DNA of 64,000 bases from the NCBI GenBank assembly GCA_043228905.1, contig JBHGNT010000009.1:19716001-19780000 (forward strand), read 5' to 3'. Both the position numbers and the translations under genes were made by a program. The notes below the pieces were generated by a model, which was given only the letters and a program-made list of their open reading frames with translations, had not been told where the DNA came from and did not search any database. The DNA comes from Azolla caroliniana (lineage: Eukaryota > Plantae > Polypodiophyta). Of this stretch, positions 1 through 13,004 are shown in pieces (positions within the stretch are counted from its first letter, which is position 1; each line of letters opens with the position of its first letter).

Positions 1-696
1 CACTACAAGTCGAGATTTGTAGCGGTTTACGGAGCCGTCAACATTATACTTCATTTTGTAAATCCATCTGCAGCCGATTGCCTTCTTGTGCAAGTGGTGG
101 GGGAAGAGATCCCATGTCTCATTCTTGCATAGGGCTTGCATCTCTTCGTTCATTGCTTCGACCCATCGTGGATGCTTGGCTGCTTCGGAAAAACTTTCCA
201 GTTCTCGAATTGTCGCCACCTTCATCATAAAGGCATAGTGGTATGCCATATAATCGTTGTAGCTGAATCGGCTAACATGATTCTTCTCATAGGTGGAGCG
301 ACGGAGTTTTTCGTTTGTCGTGGCAATGGCTTTCTTTACACTAGGTGTCCTCATGATAGGTACATCGAAGCCACTGAACTCACTGTCGAGGTAGTGAGTC
401 AATTCCTTGTCGTCAAATTGATCGTCTTCATATTCCGGCATTTTCGCCTTGCCTTTGTCCATCTTCGGACTAGGCCGAGATGTGCTTCGGTTGCTCGGGG
501 GCTCTTGTGGCCCACTAAGCCTTGTCGTAATCGAGCTTTCTTCAAATAGGTATTCGAGTCAATCTCCATCTTCTGTCTCTTGTTCAACCGATTCCGAATC
601 GATTGGGGTCGGAGTCAGAATCGTCTCTGGTTTGTACCAGGATGCCGATTCATCAAAAAAAACTTCCCGACTCACTCGAACCTTCCAAGTAGAGGG

Positions 697-1022
697 CTAG
701 AAGCATTTGTACCCCTTTTGCTCCAATGAGTATCCTACGAGGAAACATTTCTCCGACTTGGGATCTAGCTTTTGCTGCTTCCTATTGGGGATGTGCACGT
801 ATGCAAGTGAGCCGAATATCCTAACATGGGACATATCCAGCTTCTTTCTATAGTACTTTTCGTGTGGGGTAACTTCGTGTAGACCGGATGTTGTGCACCG
901 GTTCATGAGGTAGACGGTAGTATTTGCTGCTTCGGCCCAATATGACTTTGGCATATTCTTTTCGTTCATCATGACCCGCGCTACTTTGAGGATGTGTCGA
1001 TTTTTGCGTTCGGCTACTCCGT
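697..1022 (-). pseudogene. Copia E integrase C-terminal part (degenerate)
   Basis: GVAERKNRHIL continues into ORF 697..972 (MPKSYWAEAANTTVYLMNR...VHIP..KLDPKSEKCFLVGYS..KGYKCF) and joins QQN at 13658 across element A. Confidence 0.9.
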
Positions 1023-1670
1023 TGTCGTGTTATTCTACACGCATAGGAGAAACCAAGGCAGGACCACGGGGGCCCTAAACCGGGGAATAACCGAACAAAG
1101 GGGGAGCGACACGAAACCACAGCTGAGTCACGCACACAAATACACAGAGAACCCACAACGAAGATCGAACAACGAATAAGGAAAATATATATTTATGATC
1201 AAGATTACAATCGGCTCGCCGGTAAGCGTCAACGCGCTGACACCAACTCACACAATGCACACGAACAACGCGAGATGGAGCCTCTGCCAGAAGCACTCGG
1301 GCTTTCCACGAAGCAAGGGCAGCCTCCCAAAACCTACAGAGAACGATGAAAGACAGAGGAGAAGTGCTCAGTACCAGTCCGGCAGCACTTCGTCCTCCAC
1401 AACCCCCCCCCACACTTAGTCCCTTTTCCTCTCCTTTTATAGTCCAAGGAGAGAGAAACGTTACAATCTGTTACATCACTTTTATTCTCTATCCTTTCGG
1501 ATAGAGATACTCCTCGATTCCCTACCTAATGAATACGCGCTACCTAGGATATTCACATCACCGACCTGTACCTAACTATGTACAATACATCAAAACATGT
1601 GCCCGCATGCAAGGGCCGGTTCACGCTCACTATTCACCGATTCCTCCTAGGGACGGTTTTCTCCACGACA
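1023..1670 (-). repeat. 3' LTR of Gypsy A
   Basis: Direct repeat of 13005-13653; TG...CA termini; adjoins the PPT (TGGGGGCGGA on the - strand). Confidence 0.95.
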
Positions 1671-2152
1671 TCCGCCCCCACCTAACCGTGCATCCACCGG
1701 TATGCGCTAGAATAGACCTTTTCTGGAGAAGACCGGCCCTAGCTTATCTTACGATCTCCGGATCGCCATCCACTCTGAACCGGTCGTCGTCGCTATCCAT
1801 GTCCTCTAGGCTTGCTTCGTCCTCGTGCTACTTCTTGAATGCCTTGATCCTCTTCCTGGCCACCAGCACAACTATTCTTGTTCCGTCGAGCTCCGTGAGA
1901 TGGTAAGTGCCGTTGTCGTTGGCGCTTGTCACCGCGTAAGGCCCGAACCACCTACTCGCAAATTTCCACATCGCCTTGTGCTGGAGGTCGCTGTCGTAGA
2001 CCAAAACCAAGTCGCCTTCCTCGATTTTCTTCGGTCGTAGTCGGTGAGTCCGATCGAATCGCCCCTTGTTCTTTGTCCTTGCCGCATGCAGCTTCGCCGT
2101 TGCTCGTTCCTGTCATGAAGACAACATTTTGGTTATCAAGAACTCTGCATTT

Positions 2153-4170
2153 TGGTTAACACGCAAGAATCAACCATTTGTATGGGGCATAGATGCGAAC
2201 TCTACATTTGAGGGTTTAAAGCAAGCGTTTACATCTGCACTAATTTTAATGCATGTCGATCCAATGAGGCGCTTTATACTTGAAGCTGATGCATTTGATT
2301 TCGCACTCGGAAGCGTACTATCCCAGATTGGTGAAGATGGCGAACTGCACCCTGTGGCTTTTCACTCATGGAAATTTGAAGCCGAAGAAATCAACTATGA
2401 GATTCACGACAAAGAGCTTCTTGCCATTGTGGATTCTTTTCAACAATGGCGTCATTTTTTGGAGGGTTCTTCTCAACAGATTATTGTCTTCAATGATCAC
2501 AAAAATCTAACATACTTCCAAAGTGCTCGAGTCTTGAATCATCAACAAGCTCGTTGGGCACAGTTCCTAACTCATTTTGATTTTGTAATTCTATATCTCC
2601 TTGGGATGCAACAAGGAAAAGTAGATGCTTTATCTCGACGTTCGTATATGGAACTTCAACCAGGAGAGGCCGCATTTGAAAGTCAAAAGCAAATCCTCTT
2701 AGGTCCTGATCGTCTACGAGTAATGGCAATACATACTATCAACACACCAGGAGATTCGAGGCGTCTTGATTCCATTCGGGAGCAGATTGCGACAGATGCA
2801 TTCGCCCAAGAGGTTTTGAGTCATATTATCCCAGATCATGCTTCCAGCTCTCAATCTAAAAATCCTCGTCTAGACTACACCCAGTTCAATTGGCATGATG
2901 GTTTTCTTTTTTGACAAACTCTCTTGTATGTGCCTGACGGTCCTTCTCGACTCAAAGTCATGCAACAATGTCATGACACGCCAATGGCTGGACATTTCGG
3001 CATCCACAAGACTTTTGAGTTGATTTCTCGCCGATATTGGTGGCCACGGCTTCGCCATTTTGTTACGGATTATGTTCGTAGTTGTGATACATCTTGCCGA
3101 TCAAAAAAGCCTCGACATCATCCATATGGCCTATTATAGCCAATGCCTATTCCGGAGAGCCCATGGAAATCTATTTCCTTGGACTTTATTACGGATCTTC
3201 CACCTTCCAAGGGATTTGATTCTATTCTCACGGTAGTCAATCGTTTTACAAAGATGGCGCATTTCCTTCCATGCACGAAGACCATTACTAGTCAAGAGAC
3301 AACCGATTTACTCATGCGAGAGGTGTTTCGCCATCATGGTCTTCCGGATGATATTATCAGTGATCGGGGTCCCCAATTCATCTCGAAATTTTGGCGACAC
3401 ATGTTCAAACTCTTACATACTTCTTGTAAACTCTCTTCCGGCTACCATCCAGAGACTAAGGGGCAGAGTGAGCGCACCAACCAAACAGTCGAACAATATC
3501 TACGTTGTTTTGTCAACTATCAACAAGATGATTGGGTGGATTTATTACATTTGGCGGAATTTGCTTACAACAACTCCGAACATTCTTCTACTGGCTATTC
3601 CCCATTTTTTGCTAACATTGGGTACCATCCTCGTTGGACGATGCTTGAACATCCTGAACTCCCGAAAAACCCGGCTGCTGAAGATCGGCTCACTCGACTC
3701 CAAGAAATTGAAGATATACTTTTGCATCATTTATGTGATGCCCAAAACACTCAAAAGAAGATTGTTGATCGTCATCGGCGTGATTCATCGACTACGTTTC
3801 AAGTAGGAGATCGTGTATGGCTCTTACAAGGTAGCATTAAAACCACTCAACCTTGCTACAAATTGGATTATCAACGTTTCGGCCCATATGTGATCTCTGG
3901 TAAGATCAATGATGTGACATTTCGTCTTGAACTTCCTCCTCATATGCATCTTCACCCGGTCTTCCATGTTTCACTTTTGGAGCCCTACACACCAAGCTCT
4001 ATTCCGGGTCGTCTTGCACCTCCAATCGAAGTTTCCAATGGCTCTGAATATGAGGTTGCTCCTATTCTCGACTCCAAGATCATCCGCAACAAACTATATT
4101 ATTTGGTTGATTGGTTAGGTTATACACCTAATGATTGAACGTGGGAGCCTGTCGAGCATCTTGCTAATGC
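2153..4170 (+). pseudogene. Chromovirus B RNase H-integrase-chromodomain (in-frame stops at 2912, 3137, 4136)
   Basis: ORFs 2066..2914, 2924..3139 and 3143..4138 lie in one frame and are separated only by single stop codons. Confidence 0.9.
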
Positions 4171-4272
4171 CTCCCGACATGGTTGTTGCATTTCACGACA
4201 AATATCCCCATAAACCAAGTCCGAACTCTTGTCTTCCGACTCGTGGAACTCGTCATCGAAAGGGGGGGATAA

Positions 4273-4639
4273 TGTCATGAAGACAACATTTTAGTTATCA
4301 AGAATCGAACCCACGACTTCTTGGTCTATGTGTTGAACCCTTAACCATTGTAATAACATATATGTTGTGTGATTATAATAATTATGTTTCTAGTTATTAC
4401 AATATATTAGAATATTCTAGAACATCCTTTAATATTTCATGATTATATTTCTTATAATAAAATCTAAAATATTCTAGAACATTCTAGATTACTCCATAAG
4501 GACCTATAAATAACTGTCTATACATTCATTTCAACTCATTTGGTTCAACACCAATCTTTAGCCCTTAGCCTACTCATTGTAATCGTGTTTCATCATAATA
4601 TAATCTCATTTTTATTTCAAGTCTTATCTCTCTCACTCA

Positions 4640-4672
<33 letters not shown>

Positions 4673-4749
4673 ACGCGCGCACACACACACCCTCTCTCTT
4701 TCGCTCTCGCTCTCGCTCTCACTCTATCTTCTACCAACGAGTCTCGACA
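4273..4749 (+). repeat. 3' LTR of chromovirus B
   Basis: TGTCATG...CTCGACA, preceded by the PPT and followed by TSD GTTCC; contains a TATA-like motif and (CT)n. Confidence 0.9.
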
Positions 4750-6130
4750 GTTCCACGTCCTCCGGTCTTCGCTCTAGTTGTCGGATTCACGCCGCTAACA
4801 GCTCCTCCCAGTTCATCTCGTCTCTCCAGTCCATTGCGGCCCATGAGGAGATTGTTCGCTCCATCGGCATGATCGGCTTCTGCCCGCACATCAGCTCCGC
4901 CGGCATGAACCCGGTTACCAAACTGTGTGTAGTTCGGTCCGCCCACAACACGTAAGGTAGGAGCCGCAGCCAGTTCCAAACTTGGCCGTCACATGCCCAT
5001 ACCAACGCCTTTACGATTGGCCCGTGTCCGCGTTCCACCTTCCCGTTTGCCTCCGGATTGTATGCCGTGGTGAGAGAGAGTTTAACCCCTAACCGATCGA
5101 ACAACTCTTCGGCCTCTTGTGCATCCGGTTCACCACGGTCCGCTACGATCTTCCCTACGCACATGTACCGACATACCACGTCTTTGATCAAGAACCGGCA
5201 CGCGGCCACGGTCGCCTTGTTCGGTAACGCTCAACCCTCCACCTGGTTCGTCAGGTCTTTTCGTGCTAGCACCAGGTATCGCATCTGCCCTACCCCCATC
5301 GGCATCATCACCATATCCACCATCCACTTGAAGTGGATGGTCGGCAGGTAAGTCGGGTGCAGCTCGTACCGATGTCGGACTATGGAATGCATCTGATAGC
5401 TTTCACAAGTCGTTACGAACCGATGCACGTCCCGGTACAATCACGTCCACCAGTACTTCTCTTTCATGTTCTCAAACGTGGCCCATGTCCCCTGATGTCC
5501 GGCCCAAGGACTCTCGTGGTACGCCGTCAACAATACTTCCTGCTCCTCCTTCCTCACCACTACCCCCGGAGTGGGACGCCGTCTCGTTTCTTCGGGTGCT
5601 TCCATTTGCTTCCTTTCCGTAGGAAGAATCAGTATGCTTTCTTCTGGATCCTGTTAGCTTCTTCCTTTGTCCACGCCGCGTCTGACATCATCGTTTTCAG
5701 GAACCCACCGATTTGGAGCCACTCCCCGTCCTACTTGCTCTCGTTGAACTCGTTAAGCGCTGGAGTGCTCCCCTTTCTCGTCGTCACGTAAGTCGTCTCA
5801 AAGAAGTCCACGCCGACTTCCTCGTCCTCTTAAACCATGCCGCCCTCGTCATCAAACCTCCCTCTCGAAAGCATGTCGGCCATGGTGTTGTCCTTCCCGG
5901 AGATGTGCCATATCTTCGGATTCAGGGACTTAATGTACGCTATCCACCTGAGCATTGCTAGGTCCGGCGTTGTGCATCCGGAAACCATACCGAGAATCGG
6001 TAGGCAGTCTGTCTCTATTATTGCCTCTGTCCCGATCAAGTAGTCCTTGTCGGCCTTGACCGCCGAAACGATACCCCAGAGTTCGCGTTTAACCTGGGCA
6101 TATCCTTGTTGTCGCTCATTAAGCACTTTC

Positions 6131-6180
6131 TGTAAAACCGAAGGTGCGGAAGCTTTAGACAACCGGCTTAGCCGGATAGC

Positions 6181-6229
<49 letters not shown>

Positions 6230-9005
6230 ACACACAGAAGGTACGCAAGAGAGACAAAGAAAGAGCAGAACAACTTAAATCTATTATCAACAACTCTGTA
6301 AAATTCTCTATATATACATCGTGCTCAACAACACTATTTATACAAGTCCTAAGAGGACTGACAGAAGTACAATGTACTTCAAGGCTCACATGAGCGTGTG
6401 ACACTAACTATGAGACATAAACTACCTAGTAGTCTAGGTTGCTACTAGGCTTCCGGTTACTGCTTGATCCGGCTAACCGACTCCCCAGCTCACCGGTTCA
6501 CCGATCCGTCTCATGCTTGTTCAACCGATCCGGATCCGGTTGAGCTTGCCGCTCAACACTCCCCCTCAAGCTCAACTTGAGCTCGGATCGTAGTGTCAGT
6601 CTCCATGGCAGCCGGTCCTTCCACCCAGCTCCTTCTGGCGTCACTCCACCTCACTCACGCTCCTCGTCCGGTCCAGTCCCGTTTGCCACGACCCTTCTGA
6701 TTCTGCGCATCTCGACCTCCTCGGTCGGCTTCTCTACTCAACAGGCCCAATTCAACTCCCTCGTTGTTGTGACTTCGGCGCTTGCCGATTTGCCGATTCC
6801 TTCGTGTTGGCGTCGACTTTCACTGCCTTCTTGTCCTCTTGGCCTTGAAATGATCCGGTTCTTCCGAATCCATCTGTTGAACCGAATCGGCTATCTCCGA
6901 TTCGTTCCAGCTCTTGTCCGAATTGGTCGCTCCCGATTCGTCTTCGGGTTCCAGGCCCTTCACCACATTGAACCATGTCCGGGTCTTGGCCTTCTTCTTC
7001 TAGTCAACTCTGTCCTTCTTGACTCTGCCGCCGCTGCCGCTTGTTCTGACTTGTTCGGATGTGTCAACTTCCTTTTTCAACCCGGCTCCTTTCTTCTTCT
7101 TATCTCTCCCTTTGTCAGTTCTTCCCTCATTGGCACAATCAGCAGTTTCTTTGCCTTTGCCCGTTCTCCCCCTCAAGTGTGGCACGTCGAGATGTTAAAC
7201 ATCAAGCATTTCGGTGAAATGTTGCAACTTGTCTGATCCGAGCGGTTTGGTGAAGATGTCGGCAACTTGCCGATCCGTATGAACATACCGAAGTTCGACT
7301 TCACCGCTTAGGACGCACTCACGCACGAAGTCGTAGTGCACTTCTATGTGCTTTGTGCGAGCATGGAATACGAGGTTCTTGACGAACTGCATGCTGCTTA
7401 TGTTGTCACAGTAGATCAGGATCGGGGTTGGTACCTTAATCCGGAGGTCTTGCAACTGTCGCCGAAGCCAAATGGCTTGACAGGTGACATTGGTAGTGCC
7501 CTGGTATTCAACCTCAGTGCTCGAAAGGGCCACTGGTGGCTGCTTTTTGCTGCTCCACACAACAACCGTGCTACCAAGGGAAAGCATATAGCCGGAGGTG
7601 GATCGGCGATCCGATGCATCGCCAGCCCAGTCGGCATCGGTGTAGCCGACTAGCTCTTCAGTTATACCATGCCGGTATAACAGTCCTCGGTCCTTTGTGC
7701 CACTCACATATCGCAAAATTCGATATGCGCACAGAAGGTGCTCTACAGTCGGTTGCTGCATATATTGGTTGATCACGCCGACCGGATAACTGATGTCGGG
7801 TCGGGTGATTGTCAAATATATAAGGCTTCCGACGATTTGTCGAAACCGCTTCTCATCGCAGGCCGGTCCAGAGTCGGGACGGAGCTTTTGGTTCCGATCC
7901 AAGGGTGTGGAGATCGGTCGGCATTCCGTCATGCCAAACTTGTACAACATATTCAACACATAGTGTCTTTGTGAGAGCAATATGCCGTCGGGGGTTCGGA
8001 TCACCTCAATCCCAAGGAAATAGTGAAGGTCCCCCAAGTCCTTCATCTCAAATGTGTCCGACATCTGGGACTTGACTCAGTTGATTTCATCGAGTCTGGG
8101 TCCGGTGATGACTAGATCATCAACATATAACAAGATGCAAACCGGACCATCCGGACCTTGCTGGATGAACAACGAAGAGTCGGACTTGGAGGCCGCAAAC
8201 CCCATCTTACGCAACCGGTGCGTGATCTTCGCATTCCAAGATCGGGGGGCTTGCTTCAGGCCATAAAGTGACTTCTTCAGCCAGCATACCGCCGACTTGT
8301 TCATCTTCGTCTGGAAACCGGGGGGTTGGGTCATAAAGACCTCTTCTTCAAGATCGCCTTGAAGAAATGCATTCTTCACGTCCATCTGGTGAAGATGCCA
8401 CCCCCTTGCTGCAGGAACCGCCAGCACCACACGAACCGACCGTCATCATCTTCGCTACCGGAGCGAAGGTCTCATCGTAGTCAATTCCGTAGGTCTGCGC
8501 GTATCCCTTCGCCACTAACCGGGCCTTAGGGTTTGTCTTCAGATGCTGATGTCGGCTGAAGAGGTTCTCAACCCTCGCGCTCTTATACCATGTAAAAACA
8601 AAGGTGCGGAAGCTTTAGAAAACCGGCTTAGCCGGATAGCAACAGAGAGAGAGAGAGAGAGATTAACACATAGAAGGTACGTAGGAGAGACAGAGAAAGA
8701 GCAAAACAACTTAAATCTATTATCAACAACTCTGTAAAATTCTCTGTATATACATCATGCTCAACAACACTATTTATACAAGTCCTAAGAGGACTAATAG
8801 AAGTACAGTGTACTTCAAGGTTCACACGAGCATGTGACACTAACTACGAGACATTAACTACCTAGTAGTCTAGGCTGCTACTAGGCTGCTACTAGGCTTC
8901 CGGTTACTGCTTGATCCGGCTAACCAGCTCCTCACCGATCCGGCTCACCGATCCGACTCATGCTTGTTTAGCCGATCCGGATCTGGTTGAGCTTGACCCT
9001 CAACA
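6131..9005 (-). mobile_element. Ty1/Copia C, non-autonomous (gag-PR-INT deleted, RT-RH retained)
   Basis: LTRs at 6131-6558 and 8591-9005 (TGTAAAA...CTCAACA on +); TSD CTTTC/CTTTT; PBS rc TGGTATAAGAGC at 8579-8590; PPT rc CTTGAGGGGGAG at 6559-6570. RT ([24 protein letters not shown]) and RH (YTDADWAG, RTKHIEV) in 7195-8535. Confidence 0.92.
7195..8535 (-). pseudogene. Copia C reverse transcriptase-RNase H
   Basis: ORFs 8077..8430 and 7195..8064 carry canonical Copia RT/RH motifs, starting at KARLVAKGY. Confidence 0.9.
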
Positions 9006-11302
9006 CTTTTGCACCGAACCGGATGGGGATCCTCATGCCGTTCTCATCCTCCTGGTTGATCACCCATCCGATTCCGGTCTAACTAGTGTCTACGGTTACA
9101 TAAATCGAAACATGTTTACCGTAGACCACTTTCCAAAGTGTTAGTGCCGCGGCAAGCGCTTCTTTCACTTCCGGACCGACTCCGCATACTCCCCGCCCCA
9201 CTCGAACTTGCGCCCTTTCTTCAACAACCCGTAGAGCGGTTCCGCGATATGGGCGTAATGCGAGATCCAAATGTGGTAGAATGCGCAAGCTCCCAAGAAC
9301 CTCCGGACTTCTGTAACCGACCTGCAGTCTTCCTTCATCGTGGAGATAGCTTCCACCTTAGCCGGAGACGGTTTCCGGCCAGAAGGCCCGCACATGTGTC
9401 CGACGACCATGATTTTCGACAAGCCGAAAGTCGATTTCTCTCTGGAGAAGGTGAGCCGCGCACTTTCTAGCTTCTGTAGCACTTTCTCGCAGTCTCTGAT
9501 GTGGTCCGAGACGAATTCCTGCACCCGTCCAATCCGACCGTTTCATCCTTATTCTCCACCGGACATCCCTTGATCAGAATGTCACCCAAAAACGGCATGG
9601 TGATGTCCAGGATGCAGTCCCTTAACACCTTATTCATCGCATTCACCATATGCGCTACCGAGTTTGTCCCCCCTTGCGGAAGGTACACATCTGCACTAGG
9701 CCGAGAGGAGTCTGGATTGTCTTAATATCCCTGCTCTCTACGGCTAGTTGGAATTGGTCGAACCCCGAGTACAGATCCCCAACTGAGTAAATCAACTTCC
9801 GGCGAAGGCCTCCACAAACTCATCAATGGTCGTTCTGATTCCTGCGTTCCGAATGGTCATCTTGTTGACCGGCTGTAGGTCCTGAATAAAGCACAACATG
9901 TCATTCTTCTTTGACACAGTAAACCACCGATTCGAGTATGGGGCACTCGACGGTTCGAGGATGCCCATCTCCACCTTCTGCTTTAGCAGTCCCATCAGCT
10001 TCGGGATGTGAGCTCTGGGTACTGGAATCGGTTTGAGATTCCATGACACATGCGGTACCATGACGATAACCATCGGCTCAACGATCGTCAGGTCTACGCA
10101 CCCGATCTCTTCCGGCGAGAATGTGAAGGCCTTCCCGTGCCTCCCGAGCATTCTCCAAAACCGTTCCTCCTCCGCTGGCAGTAGAAAGCCACCCCCACCA
10201 ACCTTGAGCTCCCGTAGCCTTATGTTGGTGAACCGGTGTCCTATGCCAGCCGGATCCCGTAGACTTGGGTCCGACGCCACCCCTTTCATCCATAACTCGC
10301 TGCCCTCCGGCAAGGGTGCCGCAACTGGCCTCACCTTCCAGTCCACAGTCTTGTACCTCGTATGCACATGGGTCGTACGATCCAACTCGACCCTCTACCC
10401 GAAGTTGGCGATGACTTCATACATCATTTCCGAACTAACCGGAATCGTTCGGTCTTCGTTGGGGCCTTCTTCGAACACCTTCTTTAACTCCCCCAAGGTC
10501 TCGTCGAAAGAGACTGCCTCCACAGCTCCACCAATTTCATCATCGGGACGTAGGACTCTGCACGCCCTGAGACGTTCCTCCACCCGTTTCTTCTCCCGAC
10601 CGCTAATGTCGGTTATCGTACAGCCTCCGTTGTCAGAGAACCAAAATTTCCTATCTATAGTGCAGGGTTTCCTTCCTATGGTACACATGTGGGGTTTTTC
10701 CAAGGTGCCCGGACTACCGCGGCCCCACGCCTTGATAGCCCTCTCTAAAAATCCCCTCGGCTTTCACCGCCGAGGGTCTCGCGGTTGCGCTTGTGGTTCG
10801 ATCGCACCGTCAGTAATTGGACTGAGTGTCGCCCATCATTGCTCTTCACGCGTGCATACACCGAACCGTTATCTATCACCTTTGTCTCCATGCGTGTTGT
10901 CGTAATGTACGGTTCTCCGAGTATCACCGGGTGTGAGGATGTCTCCTACATGAAGAAGTGTTGATCAATCTCGACATCACCGATTTTCACCCGTACATTT
11001 GGGTAGGCCCTGTGTAGCTCCTCTGTGGCGCGCATCATCACTCGTATTTTCCACCCGTGATTGGTGTTGATTGGCCACTTGCCCTTCTTGTAGAAGTCCA
11101 TAGACATCAGGCTGATCTCCGAACCGTGGTCTACCAATGCCACCATTGGATCTTGGATGTCTCTAATCTGAACCGGGGTCTCCGTAGTGGCTCTTACCCA
11201 GTGCAACTTCGAATAGTAGCTTTCTGCCAACTCGTCTTCCACTGGCTTCTCCGGCTCTAGCTCCGGCTCCGTCGAAAGCCTTTTTTGCTTCACTAAGTCC
11301 AC
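9006..11302 (-). pseudogene. Gypsy A protease-RT-RNase H (fragmented)
   Basis: ORFs 10946..11302 (VDHGSE), 9792..10385 (EPSSAPYSNRWF..QDLQPVN), 9467..9688 (LPQGGTNS..FLGD, a decayed FLDD), 9165..9524 and 9079..9288 (VTVDTS). Confidence 0.85.
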
Positions 11303-12067
11303 GATGGATTCATGGAATTATTTCTTGGCGATCCCAAGCACTTCCCCCAGCGATAGCTCCACCTTGTTGTCAAGCATTCGTTCCTCAAGGACCTTCCGCA
11401 GGTCCGTCGTTCTTTCTATCTCGGTGCTCAACCGGTAACCGGCTTTCTTTGTTTTATCTGGTGTGCCAGAAGTACCGGCGTCATTCTACCTCGGCCCAAA
11501 CCGGGTCTCGTACCGCTGTGAGGGTCCGGCCCCCCTGACCTTCCCCACACATTTGTCTTCTACCAGAACCTCGTCGTTCTAGCACGTGGCTTCCATGAAG
11601 GCCATCTTTTCCTCGACTGGATCGCTCCACCCGGTGACCTCTCGGACCTGTCTTTCCGCGCGATCCACTTCCTCCTTCCTCAACCACACGCCGGCGAGGC
11701 CTTCTAGCACCAACAGCCAAAACCCAGAGTCCTTCCTCTTCCGGCCATCGTCACTCCCGACCCGGATTCCTGCCGACGCCGAGTAGTGGATGGTCTCCGC
11801 ATGGCGCACCGCCGCTTCTTCCATCAGCCTTTTCATTCCTCCTCGTCCGATATTCAGCTCCAGGGCTCTCCGGGTCTCGCTAGCGTGCACCCACCCATTC
11901 CACAGGTACACCACGTTAGCACTTATCGCTTCTGCAAAGTCCATGCAGTCCGTCTGGATGTGACCAGCCGCGTCACACCACAAGCATCGATGTCGACCGT
12001 TCGAGGAGCTGCGCTTCGAATTCTCCCCAGGTTCGGCATCCAGCCTGCACCTCGAGCACCTCTGCGT

Positions 12068-12715
12068 TGACAAGAACTGCACGCTCCCTATGCGCAACGC
12101 TCGGCCACAACCGAGCTTAGAAACATACACAGAAAAAAAAGGGGAATGGATGCACGACACAAAAGGAGAGAAGAGTACACAGGATGTTTAACGGAAAACC
12201 CTGAGAGGGAAAAACCACGGGAGTCCACAGACTCCAAACTATCACTATATCACAATGATTACAACAGTGAGCTCACGAAGGCAACGACCTCGTGCTCACG
12301 ATCTTCGCCACAGGCGGCGGTTACAACAGAGGCAGTGACCTCTTCCTCTCTCTCTCTCTCTCTGTACACTGTTACGCGCTCTCAAGTCTTGCACCAACAA
12401 GAATGAAAACAACTATATTAATAAGTTTGCCCTAAGTCATATTTATACTAATATGACTTTTCGGCTATTTACAAATATAGCCCCGATGGACTCTCAGAAG
12501 ACATATTTACGAATATGTCCCTTCATCCGGTGAGCGCTCCTCACCGGGCCTGCATCATCCCGATCTTGTCGGGCACTCGTCATCCGGTTCTCATCGGGTC
12601 TTCCGTAGCTGGGTACTCTTCATCCGGTTCTCACCAGGTCTGCACCATCCGGCTCATGCCGGGTACTCCACATCCAGTTTCTCACTTCCCATCCGGAGGG
12701 ACCTGTTTCCTAACA
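12068..12715 (-). mobile_element. Solo LTR D1
   Basis: TG...CA termini; exact TSD TGCGT (12063-12067 / 12716-12720); reverse-complement homologue of 16259-16991; interrupts A gag. Confidence 0.9.
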
Positions 12716-13004
12716 TGCGTGGATGCCTGGTGTCACCACCCGAGGGAACCCAGCCAGACGCATTTCCTCTGGGATGTCCATCATCACAATTTCGGCTCGG
12801 TAGGCCACCAAATAACTCATGGCATCCTTCCCATCGAACCGGCCTATTGTGCCGACAATTGCTTCAATGGCCCTGTCGAGGGCGCTCGTGCCCTCGCGAG
12901 CACTTACTATCCGATTGACTGCTGCCGCCATGGCTTCGACGAGCTTTGATCCCCTCATCCTCGATTCTTCTGCCGCCTTGTTCCACGTCGGGTTCACCAA
13001 ATAA

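Larger units (their letters stand above)
2111..4749 (+). mobile_element. Ty3/Gypsy chromovirus B (Tcn1-like), internally deleted
   Basis: 5-bp TSD GTTCC (2106-2110 / 4750-4754); 5' LTR stub 2111-2142 matches the start of the 3' LTR 4273-4749; PPT GAAGGGGGGGATAA before 4273. RH (ILEADAFD..HDKELLAIV), INT (PWKSISLDFITDLP, SDRGPQF, RFGPY) and chromodomain (EYEV..ILDSK..LYYLVDWLGY...TWEP). Confidence 0.92.

Noticed and set aside
6577-7236. 219-aa + strand S/L/F-rich ORF
   Set aside because: Antisense to the purine-rich extension of Copia C; composition explained by strand bias. Not excluded as an antisense ORF, but unsupported.
10033-10905. 290-aa + strand ORF
   Set aside because: Antisense shadow of the GC-rich pol of element A; no independent motifs.
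12984-12999. tRNA-like sequence ending in CCA
   Set aside because: Only the 16-nt primer-binding site of element A; no cloverleaf.
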